From UHGV virus genome UHGV-0246164: a stretch of 35,288 nt of DNA. One strand, written 5' to 3'. Each line of letters opens with the position of its first letter. Positions within the stretch are counted from its first letter, which is position 1. Origin of the DNA: a virus. The notes under the pieces are model-generated. The model made no database searches and had not been told where the DNA came from. It was given only the letters and a program-made list of their open reading frames with translations. The position numbers and the translations under genes are program-made. Shown piece by piece: positions 19,834 through 28,399 of the stretch.

Positions 19834-20205
19834 TTAATCCTGTTTTATATACGGCAAAAATGCCGAAAACATTCTGTCGAGCAGATAGCAGTAGGTTTCG
19901 TTTGCGTCTTCCGGCTTGGTCGTTACGCCCACATCAGAGCAGACGTAAAAACATACGTGAGCGCATTCGTGAACGAGAGTTGATATCTGCTGATCGAATA
20001 CTCCAATCAGGTAAACTCGCTCTCCCGTATCGGTGTTTTCATAGTTGTTTGCCAGTCCACAGTTGAATGGCCTTTCCTCTCCGCTACCACCAAGGAATTT
20101 ATCAGCGTGCTGAAACTGTTCTCTGGTTGTTGCGAGGTAGACGTGTGCACTTTGAAACAGCGGAATGGTGAACGCCGGGAGTTTGTGCCATTTGGCCTTA
20201 GCCAT
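19834..20205 (-). CDS. Small HExxH-motif protein, putative metallopeptidase-like
   Basis: 123 aa ORF containing HECAH within LVHECAHVCFY. Ends 4 nt before the next HExxH gene. Confidence 0.45.
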   Translation of the reverse strand: MAKAKWHKLPAFTIPLFQSAHVYLATTREQFQHADKFLGGSGEERPFNCGLANNYENTDTGERVYLIGVFDQQISTLVHECAHVCFYVCSDVGVTTKPEDANETYCYLLDRMFSAFLPYIKQD

Positions 20206-20206
20206 A

Positions 20207-20449
20207 TCACACTCCAGCGGTGAACAGGTCTAACGCTTCCCTCGATTTACGCACCGCTTCGATAGTTCGGGTCGTGATATCTGAATTAGCGCCACCTGAC
20301 TGGAAGTGAATTTTAAATAGCTCAAGCTTCAGTTCGTCAGTGCCAATGAATTGAAATGCTTCTTCTGCGGCTGCGTTCTGGTTCATGACCAGCTTGTAAA
20401 TCTCTAACTGGAATTTCTGTTCTTCAGTCATGGGAATAATCTCTGCCAT
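20207..20449 (-). CDS. Hypothetical small protein
   Basis: 80 aa ORF ending 2 nt before the HExxH gene start. First gene after the lysis cassette terminator. Confidence 0.4.
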   Translation of the reverse strand: MAEIIPMTEEQKFQLEIYKLVMNQNAAAEEAFQFIGTDELKLELFKIHFQSGGANSDITTRTIEAVRKSREALDLFTAGV

Positions 20450-20553
20450 TGTTGGCTACGTTTATCCGTTAAAAGGGATATCAGTTAAGTTATCCCGTGT
20501 AGGGTATAAGCCATTATCAAAGCCACTCTGTAGGAAGTGGCTTTTGTAATGGC

Positions 20554-20580
20554 AATAAAAAGCCCCGCGAATGCGAGGCT
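20554..20580 (-). terminator. Intrinsic terminator downstream of Rz
   Basis: Minus strand: GCCTCGC-ATTC-GCGGGGC (one G-U pair) followed by TTTTTATT. Confidence 0.5.
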
Positions 20581-20753
20581 AAATCCTGGTATTTGTAATG
20601 ACTGGCTCTTATCTCAACGCAGCCCCTTACCGCGCGCAAAATGCTCAATATCAAGCATCAGCAATGAGATGTTTAATCTGGATTCACTCCAGAAGTGAGC
20701 ACCACCCTGTCTACAGAGCCAGATGTGAAGGATGATGAGTAAAATTATCGCTA

Positions 20754-21221
20754 TCATCGAAGGCATTGCGTCCTGATGTATTCCTGAAGCGTTCTCAGTG
20801 CTGTTTGGTCGCGGATAATTCCGTCCCGGATACCGAGAACGTTTCGTCCAGCAACTGGAGAGAGTTCGACGGTGGCATCATTGCCCATGCCGGAGGCGCT
20901 GGAGGTTTCGGCTGAGGATGGCACAGGGCATTTTCCTTTGACGAGCACCCGACCACCATTATCAAGCTTGCGCCGAAGAGCATCATTTTCAGCTTTCGCA
21001 TCAGCTAACTCCTTCGTGTATTTATCATCGAGTGCATCAGCATCACGCTGGCGCTGCTGCATGTCAGTAATGGTGGCGTTCGCCTTCTCCAGTTCACTGG
21101 CCTTGTTATCGCGCTGTTCTTTGTAGGCGATTGCATTATCACGGTAATGATTAACAGCCCATGACAGGCAGACGATGATGCAGATAACCAGAGCGGAGAT
21201 AATCGCGGTTACTCTGCTCAT
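20754..21221 (-). CDS. Rz: i-spanin Rz
   Basis: 155 aa ORF with an N-terminal transmembrane segment and coiled-coil periplasmic domain. Contains an embedded +1-frame lipoprotein ORF. Closely resembles lambda Rz (from memory). Confidence 0.8.
   Translation of the reverse strand: MSRVTAIISALVICIIVCLSWAVNHYRDNAIAYKEQRDNKASELEKANATITDMQQRQRDADALDDKYTKELADAKAENDALRRKLDNGGRVLVKGKCPVPSSAETSSASGMGNDATVELSPVAGRNVLGIRDGIIRDQTALRTLQEYIRTQCLR
20795..21001 (-). CDS. Rz1: o-spanin Rz1 (lipoprotein embedded in Rz)
   Basis: ORF wholly inside Rz in another frame. Has a lipobox (LIMVVGCSS) and a Pro-rich mature part ([11 protein letters not shown]). Confidence 0.75.
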   Translation of the reverse strand: MRKLKMMLFGASLIMVVGCSSKENALCHPQPKPPAPPAWAMMPPSNSLQLLDETFSVSGTELSATKQH

Positions 21222-21694
21222 ACCTCAATCTCTCTGACCGTTCCGCCTGCTTCTTTGAATTTTGCAATCAGGCTGTCAGCCTTATGCTCGAACTGTCCAT
21301 AACCAGCCCCGGGCAACGAAGCCCAGATATTGCTGCAACGGTCGATTGCCTGACGGATATCACCGCGATCAATCATCGGCAAAGCGCCACGCTCTTTAAT
21401 CTGTTGCAGTGCCACAGCGTCCTGGCTTTTCGGAGAGAAGTCTTTCAGGCCAAGCTGCTTACGGTAGGCATCCCACCAACGGGAAAGAAGCTGGTAACGT
21501 CCGGCGGCTGTTGATTTGAGTTTGGGGTTTAGCGTGACAAGTTTGCGAGGGTGATCGGAGTAATCAGTGAATAGCTCTCCACCTACAATGACGTCATAAC
21601 CATGATTTCTGGTTTTCTGACGTCCGTTATCTGTTCCCTCTGACCACGCCAGCATATCGAGGAACGCCTTACGTTGATTATTGATTTCCACCAT
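21218..21694 (-). CDS. R: Endolysin R (lambda-type lytic transglycosylase)
   Basis: 158 aa, [39 protein letters not shown]... Essentially matches lambda R as I recall it. Confidence 0.9.
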   Translation of the reverse strand: MVEINNQRKAFLDMLAWSEGTDNGRQKTRNHGYDVIVGGELFTDYSDHPRKLVTLNPKLKSTAAGRYQLLSRWWDAYRKQLGLKDFSPKSQDAVALQQIKERGALPMIDRGDIRQAIDRCSNIWASLPGAGYGQFEHKADSLIAKFKEAGGTVREIEV

Positions 21695-22001
21695 CTTCTA
21701 CTCCGGCTTTTTTAGCAGCGAAGCGTTTGATAAGCGAACCAATCGAGTCAGTACCGATGTAGCCGATGAACACGCTCGTTATATAAGCGAGATTGCTACT
21801 TAGTCCGGCGAGGTCGAGAAGATCACGAATGAACCAGGCGATAATGGCGCACATCGTTGCGTCGATTACTGTTTTTGTAAACGCACCGCCATTATATCTG
21901 CCGCGAAGGTACGCCATTGCAAACGCAAGGATTGCCCCGATGCCTTGTTCCTTTGCCGCGAGAATGGCGGCTAACAGGTCATGTTTTTCTGGCATCTTCA
22001 T
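21678..22001 (-). CDS. S: Holin S with dual-start motif (S107 antiholin / S105 holin)
   Basis: 107 aa, starts [22 protein letters not shown]... The Met-Lys-Met dual start and three-TMD layout match lambda S. Confidence 0.9.
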   Translation of the reverse strand: MKMPEKHDLLAAILAAKEQGIGAILAFAMAYLRGRYNGGAFTKTVIDATMCAIIAWFIRDLLDLAGLSSNLAYITSVFIGYIGTDSIGSLIKRFAAKKAGVEDGGNQ

Positions 22002-22538
22002 GTCTTACCCCCAATAAGGGGATTTGCTCTATTTAATTAGGAATAAGGTCGATTACTGATAGAACAAATCCAGGCTACTGTGTTTAGTAATCAGATTTGT
22101 TCGTGACCGATATGCACGGGCAAAACGGCATGAGGTTGTTAGCGCAACCTCATGCCGCCCGCTTTCACGAAGGTCATGTGTAGAAGGCCGCAGCATAACT
22201 ATCACTGATGAATTCAGGATAGCCAGTGGCTACGGCTCAGGTTGGGTTGTGGCGGTCGGTGCTGAACTCCGACTTAATGACGATAGGCGTGTACCGACGC
22301 CTCGTTTTACTTCCTCCGCTTTCACGGCTTCACCCTAGACCAGCTTTACGAAATCCTCGTAAACCTAACCGCGGCAGATATGACCGGCACGGTGTGCCAT
22401 ATCACGGACCGGCGGGTGTCTCGTTCACCTGATTAACGCATCAGCCTGCGTATTCACCACAACGATAAGAGTACTGCGCGGCACCTTTCACCAATTCCGC
22501 GAGGTCTGCGGGTTCAATGCTCTTACCTGTTGTGCAAA

Positions 22539-22580
22539 CAAAAAAGCCACCGTTGCAACTTAAGAGTCACTAACGGCAGC
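22539..22580 (-). terminator. Intrinsic terminator at the edge of the lambda-like leader (candidate tR')
   Basis: Minus strand: GCUGCCGUU...AACGGUGGC stem with two G-U pairs, then TTTTTTGTTT. The sequence after the T-run (GCACAACAGGTAAGAGCATTGA) matches what follows tR' in lambda (from memory). Confidence 0.45.
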
Positions 22581-22584
22581 TTAT

Positions 22585-22620
22585 GCGAATAGTGTTGCTC
22601 ATTTGCTCAATGATGTCAAC
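22585..22620 (-). promoter_or_regulatory. Candidate late promoter pR' with Q-utilisation region
   Basis: Minus-strand TTGACA (22619-22614) with possible -10 hexamers 17-19 nt downstream. Sits directly after the Q gene stop. Confidence 0.3.
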
Positions 22621-22625
22621 ACGTT

Positions 22626-23114
22626 CTATGCTACATGTTTAATTTTCTCTACACGTTTCCGATTTTTAAACGCACTATCCAGAACCGGGTAAATCATAAA
22701 CAACGAGGCATTGAGGATTTCGTCAACTTCCCGTCGACAGGTTGCGAGCGATGGTTTTTGAATGCGCCCGCCGCCCCGGCATAACATCTTGCGAGGTCTT
22801 GCGACGCGATGATAGTAAGATGCAATGGCATGCTTGGAAGATCCATGAGCGTAGTAGCTGAGGAGGATGCCAAAGGCTTTCTTGTCAATGTACATGACGG
22901 AATCGACGACCTGAGAAATCAACATTCCATCATCATCATTACACATTGGCCTTGTCATAACTCTTCCCGGCTCTACGCTCTCCATGAACTTCGCTATTAC
23001 GCTGCTCATGCGCTTTTCCAGACGACCTGAATAAACCCATGCGCCCCACAGTTCAAGCCAGCCATTCAGCCAATCGTGCTGTTCTTTGGTGAGGTTTAGT
23101 TCTCTTATGCTCAT
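22626..23114 (-). CDS. Q: Late antiterminator Q (Phage_antitermQ family, phage 21/82-type, not lambda-type)
   Basis: 162 aa with WLELWGAW and RPMCNDDDGMLIS motifs characteristic of this Q family. Lies directly upstream of the late promoter region and lysis genes. Confidence 0.7.
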   Translation of the reverse strand: MSIRELNLTKEQHDWLNGWLELWGAWVYSGRLEKRMSSVIAKFMESVEPGRVMTRPMCNDDDGMLISQVVDSVMYIDKKAFGILLSYYAHGSSKHAIASYYHRVARPRKMLCRGGGRIQKPSLATCRREVDEILNASLFMIYPVLDSAFKNRKRVEKIKHVA

Positions 23115-23299
23115 CGTCTTCCCCTCTTGCCATGTTTGACCATCAGGACGCCGTTAACTATTACATGACGCTCACCTTTGCTGTCTCGGTTGTACTTGAG
23201 CACTGTTCCTCTTGCGCAGGAAAGCATCCTCGCCACTTCGGTCTGATTTCCTCGTGTCTGGATAAGAAGCTCTGGTATCGTTTGAATTGTGGCGTTCAT
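23111..23299 (-). CDS. Small HTH-like protein (unknown function)
   Basis: 62 aa with an HTH-like segment (QTEVARMLSCARGTVLKY). 4-nt overlaps with both rusA and Q. Confidence 0.4.
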   Translation of the reverse strand: MNATIQTIPELLIQTRGNQTEVARMLSCARGTVLKYNRDSKGERHVIVNGVLMVKHGKRGRR

Positions 23300-23658
23300 A
23301 CGCTCTCCAGTTCGGTGATTTTTATTCCAAGCATTCCGCCTGGTACTTTCACGCCACGAATTACGCGAATGTCATCGAATTGCTCGTCGTCTTCCGCAAA
23401 TCCTGCGTGGATAAGGGAATCGAGTAAACCTTTCAGGATGTTATCGAGGTCGCGGCGGCGGGAGTCTGGAACGTCTGCGATTACTTTGATGCGGAGTCGT
23501 GATTTGGTGAAAATGTCTAACTTGAGTTGGCGGATGATTTGCTGAACGTCTTTTCGGTATTTCTGGCCTTTATCGCTGATGTAGTATTGGCTTCCCCGTC
23601 TTCGCCAGTAGGTGTTCACCGACGGCGGGTAAGGAAGCACAAACTGATATTCGTTCAT
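23296..23658 (-). CDS. rusA: Holliday junction resolvase RusA
   Basis: 120 aa, with PDSRRRDLDNILKGLLDSLIHAGF matching the RusA catalytic core (compare E. coli RusA PDRRRRDLDN). Confidence 0.85.
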   Translation of the reverse strand: MNEYQFVLPYPPSVNTYWRRRGSQYYISDKGQKYRKDVQQIIRQLKLDIFTKSRLRIKVIADVPDSRRRDLDNILKGLLDSLIHAGFAEDDEQFDDIRVIRGVKVPGGMLGIKITELESV

Positions 23659-23945
23659 GGCTTAATCTTCCCCTCCTTCAGCAGGATCGCCTGCGTCCTG
23701 ATCACGCCTTCGAGGTGATAAAGTCTGGCGTCTTTGTTGTCGAGGTTATGGGTGCGTCGGTCGATCTCCGCGTGGCAGTCACTACAAGCCCATGCGCCGA
23801 TCAGGTCGTCAGGCTTCATTCCCGTTCCGCAAATTCCAGCCATCCGGTAATGTGCCAGAACTGTAGTTTCAGGATTGCCATTGCATACGCCGTAAATACG
23901 TACCTGGCATTCTCTGCCACGTGCTTCTTTGCGTAGATTAGCCAT
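23655..23945 (-). CDS. DUF1364-like protein (YbcO-like, Cys/His-rich)
   Basis: 96 aa, MANLRKEARGRECQVRIYGVCNGNPETTVLAHYR... with conserved Cys/His. Position upstream of rusA is as in DLP12-type nin regions. Confidence 0.55.
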   Translation of the reverse strand: MANLRKEARGRECQVRIYGVCNGNPETTVLAHYRMAGICGTGMKPDDLIGAWACSDCHAEIDRRTHNLDNKDARLYHLEGVIRTQAILLKEGKIKP

Positions 23946-24150
23946 TTACCTTCCCTCGCAATTGAAGAATTGACTGAAGGTCTTTTTTAATAAATATGCG
24001 AGTGCGAATTGAGCAGTAGTTTTCCTTCATTCTGGCGTAGTAATAGTCCTTTCTTTGCTTAAGTTTGTTGGCATCCGCTGTCATCCAGTCTTTTACAGCA
24101 AACTTAATTAACCAGCGGTAACAGAGATACCATTTCAGGTAATCACTCAT
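23938..24150 (-). CDS. Hypothetical small basic protein (weak call)
   Basis: 70 aa AT-rich ORF next to the HNH insertion. No recognisable motif. Confidence 0.3.
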   Translation of the reverse strand: MSDYLKWYLCYRWLIKFAVKDWMTADANKLKQRKDYYYARMKENYCSIRTRIFIKKDLQSILQLRGKVNG

Positions 24151-24203
24151 CGTCTTCTTCCTCGTACATTGAGCTATTCGGATCGCTCATCAGTTCTGCA
24201 CAG

Positions 24204-24710
24204 TTATGGTCTGCCATGGTTTTCATGAAAACCCAGTTCTTTTTCTGCCCTCTTCCTTTCTGCAATAGCGTCAATGATGCTAGCAAATATTCCAAGATAT
24301 TTGGTGCGCCCATCTACGCATATATTCGCAATCCACTTGCATCTCTCTTTATTGAAATATACTCCAGTCACTCCTGACGAATTGGTTATTTTTCTCTTTT
24401 GGTTCTGTGCATTCTGTTGGTGTGTAACCAATCGAAGATTAGATAGCCTATTATCTGACCTTACTCCATTTATATGATCAATTTTATACCCTAATGGAAT
24501 CTCACCATTATTTATCATCCATATAACGTGGTGAGCATAAGTAATTACACCATCGATAGTTAACATCCTATAACCATCACTCCTAATGTAACCAGCAACA
24601 CTGCCAACCTTAACATTATTAGAAGGAGACACTTTCCATCTAAGCACACCTAAAACATCATCATATGATAATTTATTTCTTAATTCGTCTATGTTGCTTA
24701 TATTTCTCAT
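24204..24710 (-). CDS. HNH homing-type endonuclease with C-terminal AP2 domain
   Basis: 168 aa with an HNH motif (IDHINGVRSDNRLSNLRLVTHQQNAQN) and AP2-like segment (VTGVYFNKERCKWIANICVDGRTKYLGIF). Strongly AT-rich. Confidence 0.75.
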   Translation of the reverse strand: MRNISNIDELRNKLSYDDVLGVLRWKVSPSNNVKVGSVAGYIRSDGYRMLTIDGVITYAHHVIWMINNGEIPLGYKIDHINGVRSDNRLSNLRLVTHQQNAQNQKRKITNSSGVTGVYFNKERCKWIANICVDGRTKYLGIFASIIDAIAERKRAEKELGFHENHGRP

Positions 24711-24848
24711 TATGTTCCACCATATTTAAGCATTCATATATACAACGCTCACACACGTGAACTTCCAGCACATGCAGCTTCTGACCGCAGTTAGCGCACG
24801 TTAAAGCTCGCTCGACACTTCCTTGTTCGTAACTTCGATTTTGGTCAA

Positions 24849-25031
24849 TCACCTTGTTTTCCTCGCACGTTCTCTAAGCCACCGGATATCCCACAGGTGA
24901 GCCGTGTAGTTGAAGGTTTTTACGTCAGATTCTTTTGGGATTGGCTTGCATTTATTCCTGGAGCGCTTCGTTGGAAGGTATTTGCAGTTTTCGCAGATGA
25001 TGTCGGTGATACTTCGTCGCTGTCGTCTCAT
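24849..25031 (-). CDS. NinE-like small protein
   Basis: Preferred start [18 protein letters not shown]... at 25031, forming an ATGA overlap with the ninB stop (the track ORF begins at 25076). Resembles NinE as I recall it. Confidence 0.45.
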   Translation of the reverse strand: MRRQRRSITDIICENCKYLPTKRSRNKCKPIPKESDVKTFNYTAHLWDIRWLRERARKTR

Positions 25032-25450
25032 TCGTACCTCCTGTCGGTAAATCTGACACCCTGACCAATAGCCCATGCTGTCGTGTACTCAATCAGGCTT
25101 GCCATGCGCTTCACGCTCATCTGCGCGCTACTTTCGCGAATGTTGACGTATTCGCCTTCAAGCCCGGGCAAAACATCAGCTTCCTGCTTTGTTGCCACTG
25201 CATGACCGCTTATCAACAAAACCTTCCATTGTTCTGGTTTTAACCATTTGCCGCACCATTGAACCTGACTTGCGATATCCGCCAGCATCGCGTGAAATTT
25301 TGCGTTCTGGTCAAGGTTGCGCTTGTAGTCAGTAATGCGGATGGTAACTGGCTTGTCTTTATCGAGTGGTGTTGCGAGGATGGCGGTGATTGCGGCTTGC
25401 TGTTGTTGCTTACTCCTGAGGAAAATTGTCTGTTTCATGGAATTCCTCAA
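25028..25450 (-). CDS. ninB: NinB (Orf-family recombination mediator)
   Basis: 140 aa with [27 protein letters not shown], similar to lambda NinB (RSLDQNRKLWACLGDVSRQVEWHGRWL, from memory). Confidence 0.7.
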   Translation of the reverse strand: MRNSMKQTIFLRSKQQQQAAITAILATPLDKDKPVTIRITDYKRNLDQNAKFHAMLADIASQVQWCGKWLKPEQWKVLLISGHAVATKQEADVLPGLEGEYVNIRESSAQMSVKRMASLIEYTTAWAIGQGVRFTDRRYE

Positions 25451-25659
25451 TATGTGTAAAGGCTATATCCGTTTTTATTTGTCCTGGTGCCATAGCCATA
25501 TAGGCTCCAGTCATCCTGTTTTCTCTCACCAAAAATATGCTTGCGGTATTCTTCCTGCTGGCGTCTCCATATTTCCATCATGTCTGGCTGGTTCTTTTCT
25601 CGCATTTTTCGAATCTGCTCAAGGATGAACTCTATTTGCTGCTGATTTGTCATGCTCAC
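25447..25659 (-). CDS. Hypothetical small protein
   Basis: 70 aa ORF with 4-nt overlap with ninB. Confidence 0.4.
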   Translation of the reverse strand: MSMTNQQQIEFILEQIRKMREKNQPDMMEIWRRQQEEYRKHIFGERKQDDWSLYGYGTRTNKNGYSLYTY

Positions 25660-25663
25660 TCCT

Positions 25664-25879
25664 TTACTTTAAATCCAGACTCCGAATAATTCTGTTGCGC
25701 TGAAACTCATTGTTGAGTTTGGACAACCGTCGAAGAACACGGTCACGCGGATAGCGTCGTGCAGCAGGTGAATGCTCATACAACTCATCAATCGGCAAAC
25801 TGGACGATGAACGATACCGATACCAACGCACCAACTCTTCACGAAAATTAGCCCTGACAAGCTCAGCTATCGTACTCAT
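25664..25879 (-). CDS. Hypothetical small protein
   Basis: 71 aa Arg-rich ORF ending 5 nt before the next gene start. Confidence 0.4.
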   Translation of the reverse strand: MSTIAELVRANFREELVRWYRYRSSSSLPIDELYEHSPAARRYPRDRVLRRLSKLNNEFQRNRIIRSLDLK

Positions 25880-25965
25880 TTCTTAAAGCCTCCAATTCCC
25901 TCTCCCCCAAATAAAAAGGCCTGCGATTACCAGCAGGCCTGTTATTAGCTCAGTGATGTAGATGG

Positions 25966-26256
25966 TCATTGCCTTACCTCCATAAGCGCCCTATTAATAA
26001 ACGCCGTCATTGGATTTGCACATCCCCACCCCGTACCATCTGGATTTCTTTTAATTGGCTCCTTCTTCACTTTGCGCTTTGCATAAATAACCATCTTCCA
26101 CTTACGCTCAACAACACTCAAATGCCCTTGTTTCACCATATGCCTTGCTGCTTGAGCGATTCTGTTATTTGGTATTCCGGTGATCAGAGCTAATTCATGT
26201 GGGGAGAATTGTTCATGAGTTTTTAGATATTCCAGGATGATTTCTTTTCCAGTCAC
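25966..26256 (-). CDS. Small winged-helix/HTH-like protein
   Basis: 96 aa with HTH-like ELALITGIPNNRIAQAARHM. ATGA overlap with the DnaC-like stop. Confidence 0.45.
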   Translation of the reverse strand: MTGKEIILEYLKTHEQFSPHELALITGIPNNRIAQAARHMVKQGHLSVVERKWKMVIYAKRKVKKEPIKRNPDGTGWGCANPMTAFINRALMEVRQ

Positions 26257-27146
26257 GATCTGCTCCTGTAACTATCCCATGTAAACGCAAGAGTGCACCC
26301 TCCGCCATCATTCATCCTGTCAATAACACGCTCACCAATGAATGCCGAAAGTTCATCTTTGCTCTGATTACTAATCAGGATTGTTGGCTTCATGTATTCA
26401 TATCTGGTGTTGATAATTTCGAACATGATTAGCTTTTCAGCATCACTGCCGAACTGCACGCCAACCTCATCGATTATTAACAAGTCAGGATGCGTAAATT
26501 GCCTAATGACTTCTTCTTCAGTTCTGGTTGCGGCCTTAGACCATGTTGATTTGTACTCTCTGGCAATTTTCAACGCAGTGGTAAATATCACAGAGCTTTG
26601 ATGCTCGATAATGGCGTGCCTAGCGATAGCCAGTGCAAGGTGGTTCTTTCCAGTTCCAGGCTTACCACACATGACCAGTCCGCCACCTTTTTGAAGGCGT
26701 TCAGGCCACTTACTGGCATATGCCTGGCATACCTTAAGAACTCGCTTTGCATCATCGTTAACAGGCTCATAATTCTGAAGAGTGCAATTTTTGAACCTCT
26801 CTGGAATATTGAGAGAATTCAACAAATATTCAATTTTTGATTGTCTTGCTCTTTGTTCTGCCTGCTCACGTTCAATCTCTTTCTTACGAATTTTCTCCTC
26901 AAGGCACTGTGGGCACTCAGATTTACTTGAAGTAATTCTTTTTCCTGAGATGGTCAGATATTTCTCATAGGAAGTATATTTACCGTGTTTCTCGCACTCT
27001 TCCACTGTGCTGGTAACTGACATTCCATCTGATACTGATCCAATTTTGCTAAACTCAAGTTTCTGTTTCAGATCAGAAATGTCATTGATTTTTGAGTCTA
27101 CAAGTTGCCTTTGCAGTGCCAGATTGTAACCATTTGTCGTATTCAT
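26253..27146 (-). CDS. DnaC-like helicase loader (IstB-like AAA+ ATPase) with N-terminal Cys/His cluster
   Basis: Walker A GKPGTGKNHLA and Walker B LLIIDEVG. Preferred start ATG 27146 with AGGAG 6 nt upstream, 2 nt after the O stop. Confidence 0.8.
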   Translation of the reverse strand: MNTTNGYNLALQRQLVDSKINDISDLKQKLEFSKIGSVSDGMSVTSTVEECEKHGKYTSYEKYLTISGKRITSSKSECPQCLEEKIRKKEIEREQAEQRARQSKIEYLLNSLNIPERFKNCTLQNYEPVNDDAKRVLKVCQAYASKWPERLQKGGGLVMCGKPGTGKNHLALAIARHAIIEHQSSVIFTTALKIAREYKSTWSKAATRTEEEVIRQFTHPDLLIIDEVGVQFGSDAEKLIMFEIINTRYEYMKPTILISNQSKDELSAFIGERVIDRMNDGGGCTLAFTWDSYRSRS

Positions 27147-27148
27147 AT

Positions 27149-27994
27149 TCACTCCTGCGCCCATGAAGGCATTTCAGTTTGCCCGTAATCTTTGGCGGCA
27201 AAGTTTTCCTGCATAGCTCGCTGCTGCGGCCTCGGTTGAGATTTCCCCTTTGGAGTCTTGGGTTCAAAAATCCCCTGCCAACCACTGGCGATGCTCTGGT
27301 TTATAATTTCTTCAGGTGTATATCCCTTCTCCAGACTTCTGCTTAGAACGTTGATAGCCTGAGTGACGCTTTGCTTAGACTTGATCGACTTACCTATCTC
27401 CTTGCGATAGGTAACCCACGACAACCATGTTTCTGCCGATAACCAATCAGGCAACTCTGTTTCTAGCGGGTCGAACTTCTGAGAAATTTTTTTGGGGGAT
27501 ATAGGGGGTTTATTAATATTTTCTTTTGTCTTTAAAGAATGTCTTTTGTGTGTCTCTAACTTCGAGACATTGAGTGTCTCTAATTTGGAGACATTTTTTG
27601 TCTCTAACTTCGAGACAAAGTTGCTAACTTGGAGACACTTGCTGAATTGCCACGCAGATACCTCCCTGTTTACACCGATTTGATTTCCATCCATAAACAG
27701 GCAATTCATTGAAATCAGTTCTTTTTTAGCCTTGTTAACATTCTGCCTTGATAGTCCTGTTAACTGAGCAATTTGCTCATCGGCTATTCGATCTGTTTTC
27801 TTATTGAATCCATATGTTTTCCGGACGTAGGCCAGCATAACTTTCAACTGGCGAGCGGTTAAATCGGCACTTGCGATAGCTTCCAGCAGCTCGTTAGCGA
27901 ATCTGGTGTAACCATCATCGATATCAGCCACTCTTAGCTCCTGTTCGGCAAAGTTACCTCTGCCGAAGTTGAGTATTTTTGCTGTATTTGTCAT
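27149..27994 (-). CDS. O: Replication initiator O-like protein (lambda O-type N-terminal domain)
   Basis: MTNTAKILNFGRGNFAEQELRVADIDDGY... resembles the lambda O N-terminus. The gene contains four iterons translated as VSKLET repeats. The C-terminal part differs from lambda O. Confidence 0.75.
   Translation of the reverse strand: MTNTAKILNFGRGNFAEQELRVADIDDGYTRFANELLEAIASADLTARQLKVMLAYVRKTYGFNKKTDRIADEQIAQLTGLSRQNVNKAKKELISMNCLFMDGNQIGVNREVSAWQFSKCLQVSNFVSKLETKNVSKLETLNVSKLETHKRHSLKTKENINKPPISPKKISQKFDPLETELPDWLSAETWLSWVTYRKEIGKSIKSKQSVTQAINVLSRSLEKGYTPEEIINQSIASGWQGIFEPKTPKGKSQPRPQQRAMQENFAAKDYGQTEMPSWAQE
27551..27636. repeat. Origin of replication iterons (4 x 18 bp) inside the O gene
   Basis: GTCTCTAACTTCGAGACA at 27551 and 27599, GTCTCTAATTTGGAGACA at 27575, GTTGCTAACTTGGAGACA at 27619. 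Each has internal dyad symmetry. An AT-rich tract lies at 27480-27550. Confidence 0.7.
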
Positions 27995-28026
27995 AATGAC
28001 TCCTGTGGATTGATCCAGTAATGACC

Positions 28027-28320
28027 TCAGAATTCCATCTGGATTTGTTCAGAACGCTCGGTTGCCGCCGGGCGTTTTTTATTGGTGAGAATCGAAGCAA
28101 CTTGTCGTGCCAATCGAGCCATGTCGTCGTCGACGACACCCCATTCAAGAACAGCAAGCAGCATTGAGAACTTTGGAATCCAATCCCTCTTCCACCTGCT
28201 GATCTGCGACTTATCAACTCCCACAGCTTCCGCTGTCTTCTCAGTTCCAAGCATTGCGATTTTGTTAAGCAACGCACTCTCGATTCGTAGAGCCTCGTTG
28301 CGTTTGTTTGCACGAACCAT
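28027..28320 (-). CDS. cII: CII transcriptional activator (lambda-type)
   Basis: From ATG 28320: MVRANKRNEALRIESALLNKIAMLGTEKTAEAVGVDKSQISRWKRDWIPKF..., essentially lambda CII as I recall it. Upstream RBS TAAGGAAATACTTACAT also as in lambda. Confidence 0.9.
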   Translation of the reverse strand: MVRANKRNEALRIESALLNKIAMLGTEKTAEAVGVDKSQISRWKRDWIPKFSMLLAVLEWGVVDDDMARLARQVASILTNKKRPAATERSEQIQMEF

Positions 28321-28399
28321 ATGTAAGTATTTCCTTAGATAACAATTGATTGAATGTATGCAAATAAATGCATACACCACAGGTGTGGTTTAATTTGAT

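Noticed and set aside
22226-22432. 68 aa plus-strand ORF in the Q-to-S gap
   Set aside because: It falls in a region matching the lambda untranslated late leader, lies on the wrong strand for the late operon, and has an Arg/Pro-rich shadow-frame composition.
22002-22625. Possible tRNA or toxin cargo between Q and S, as in Stx-type phages
   Set aside because: I could not find an acceptor-stem/T-loop arrangement or a CCA-terminated cloverleaf by eye, and there is no ORF with a signal peptide. A tRNAscan run would settle it.
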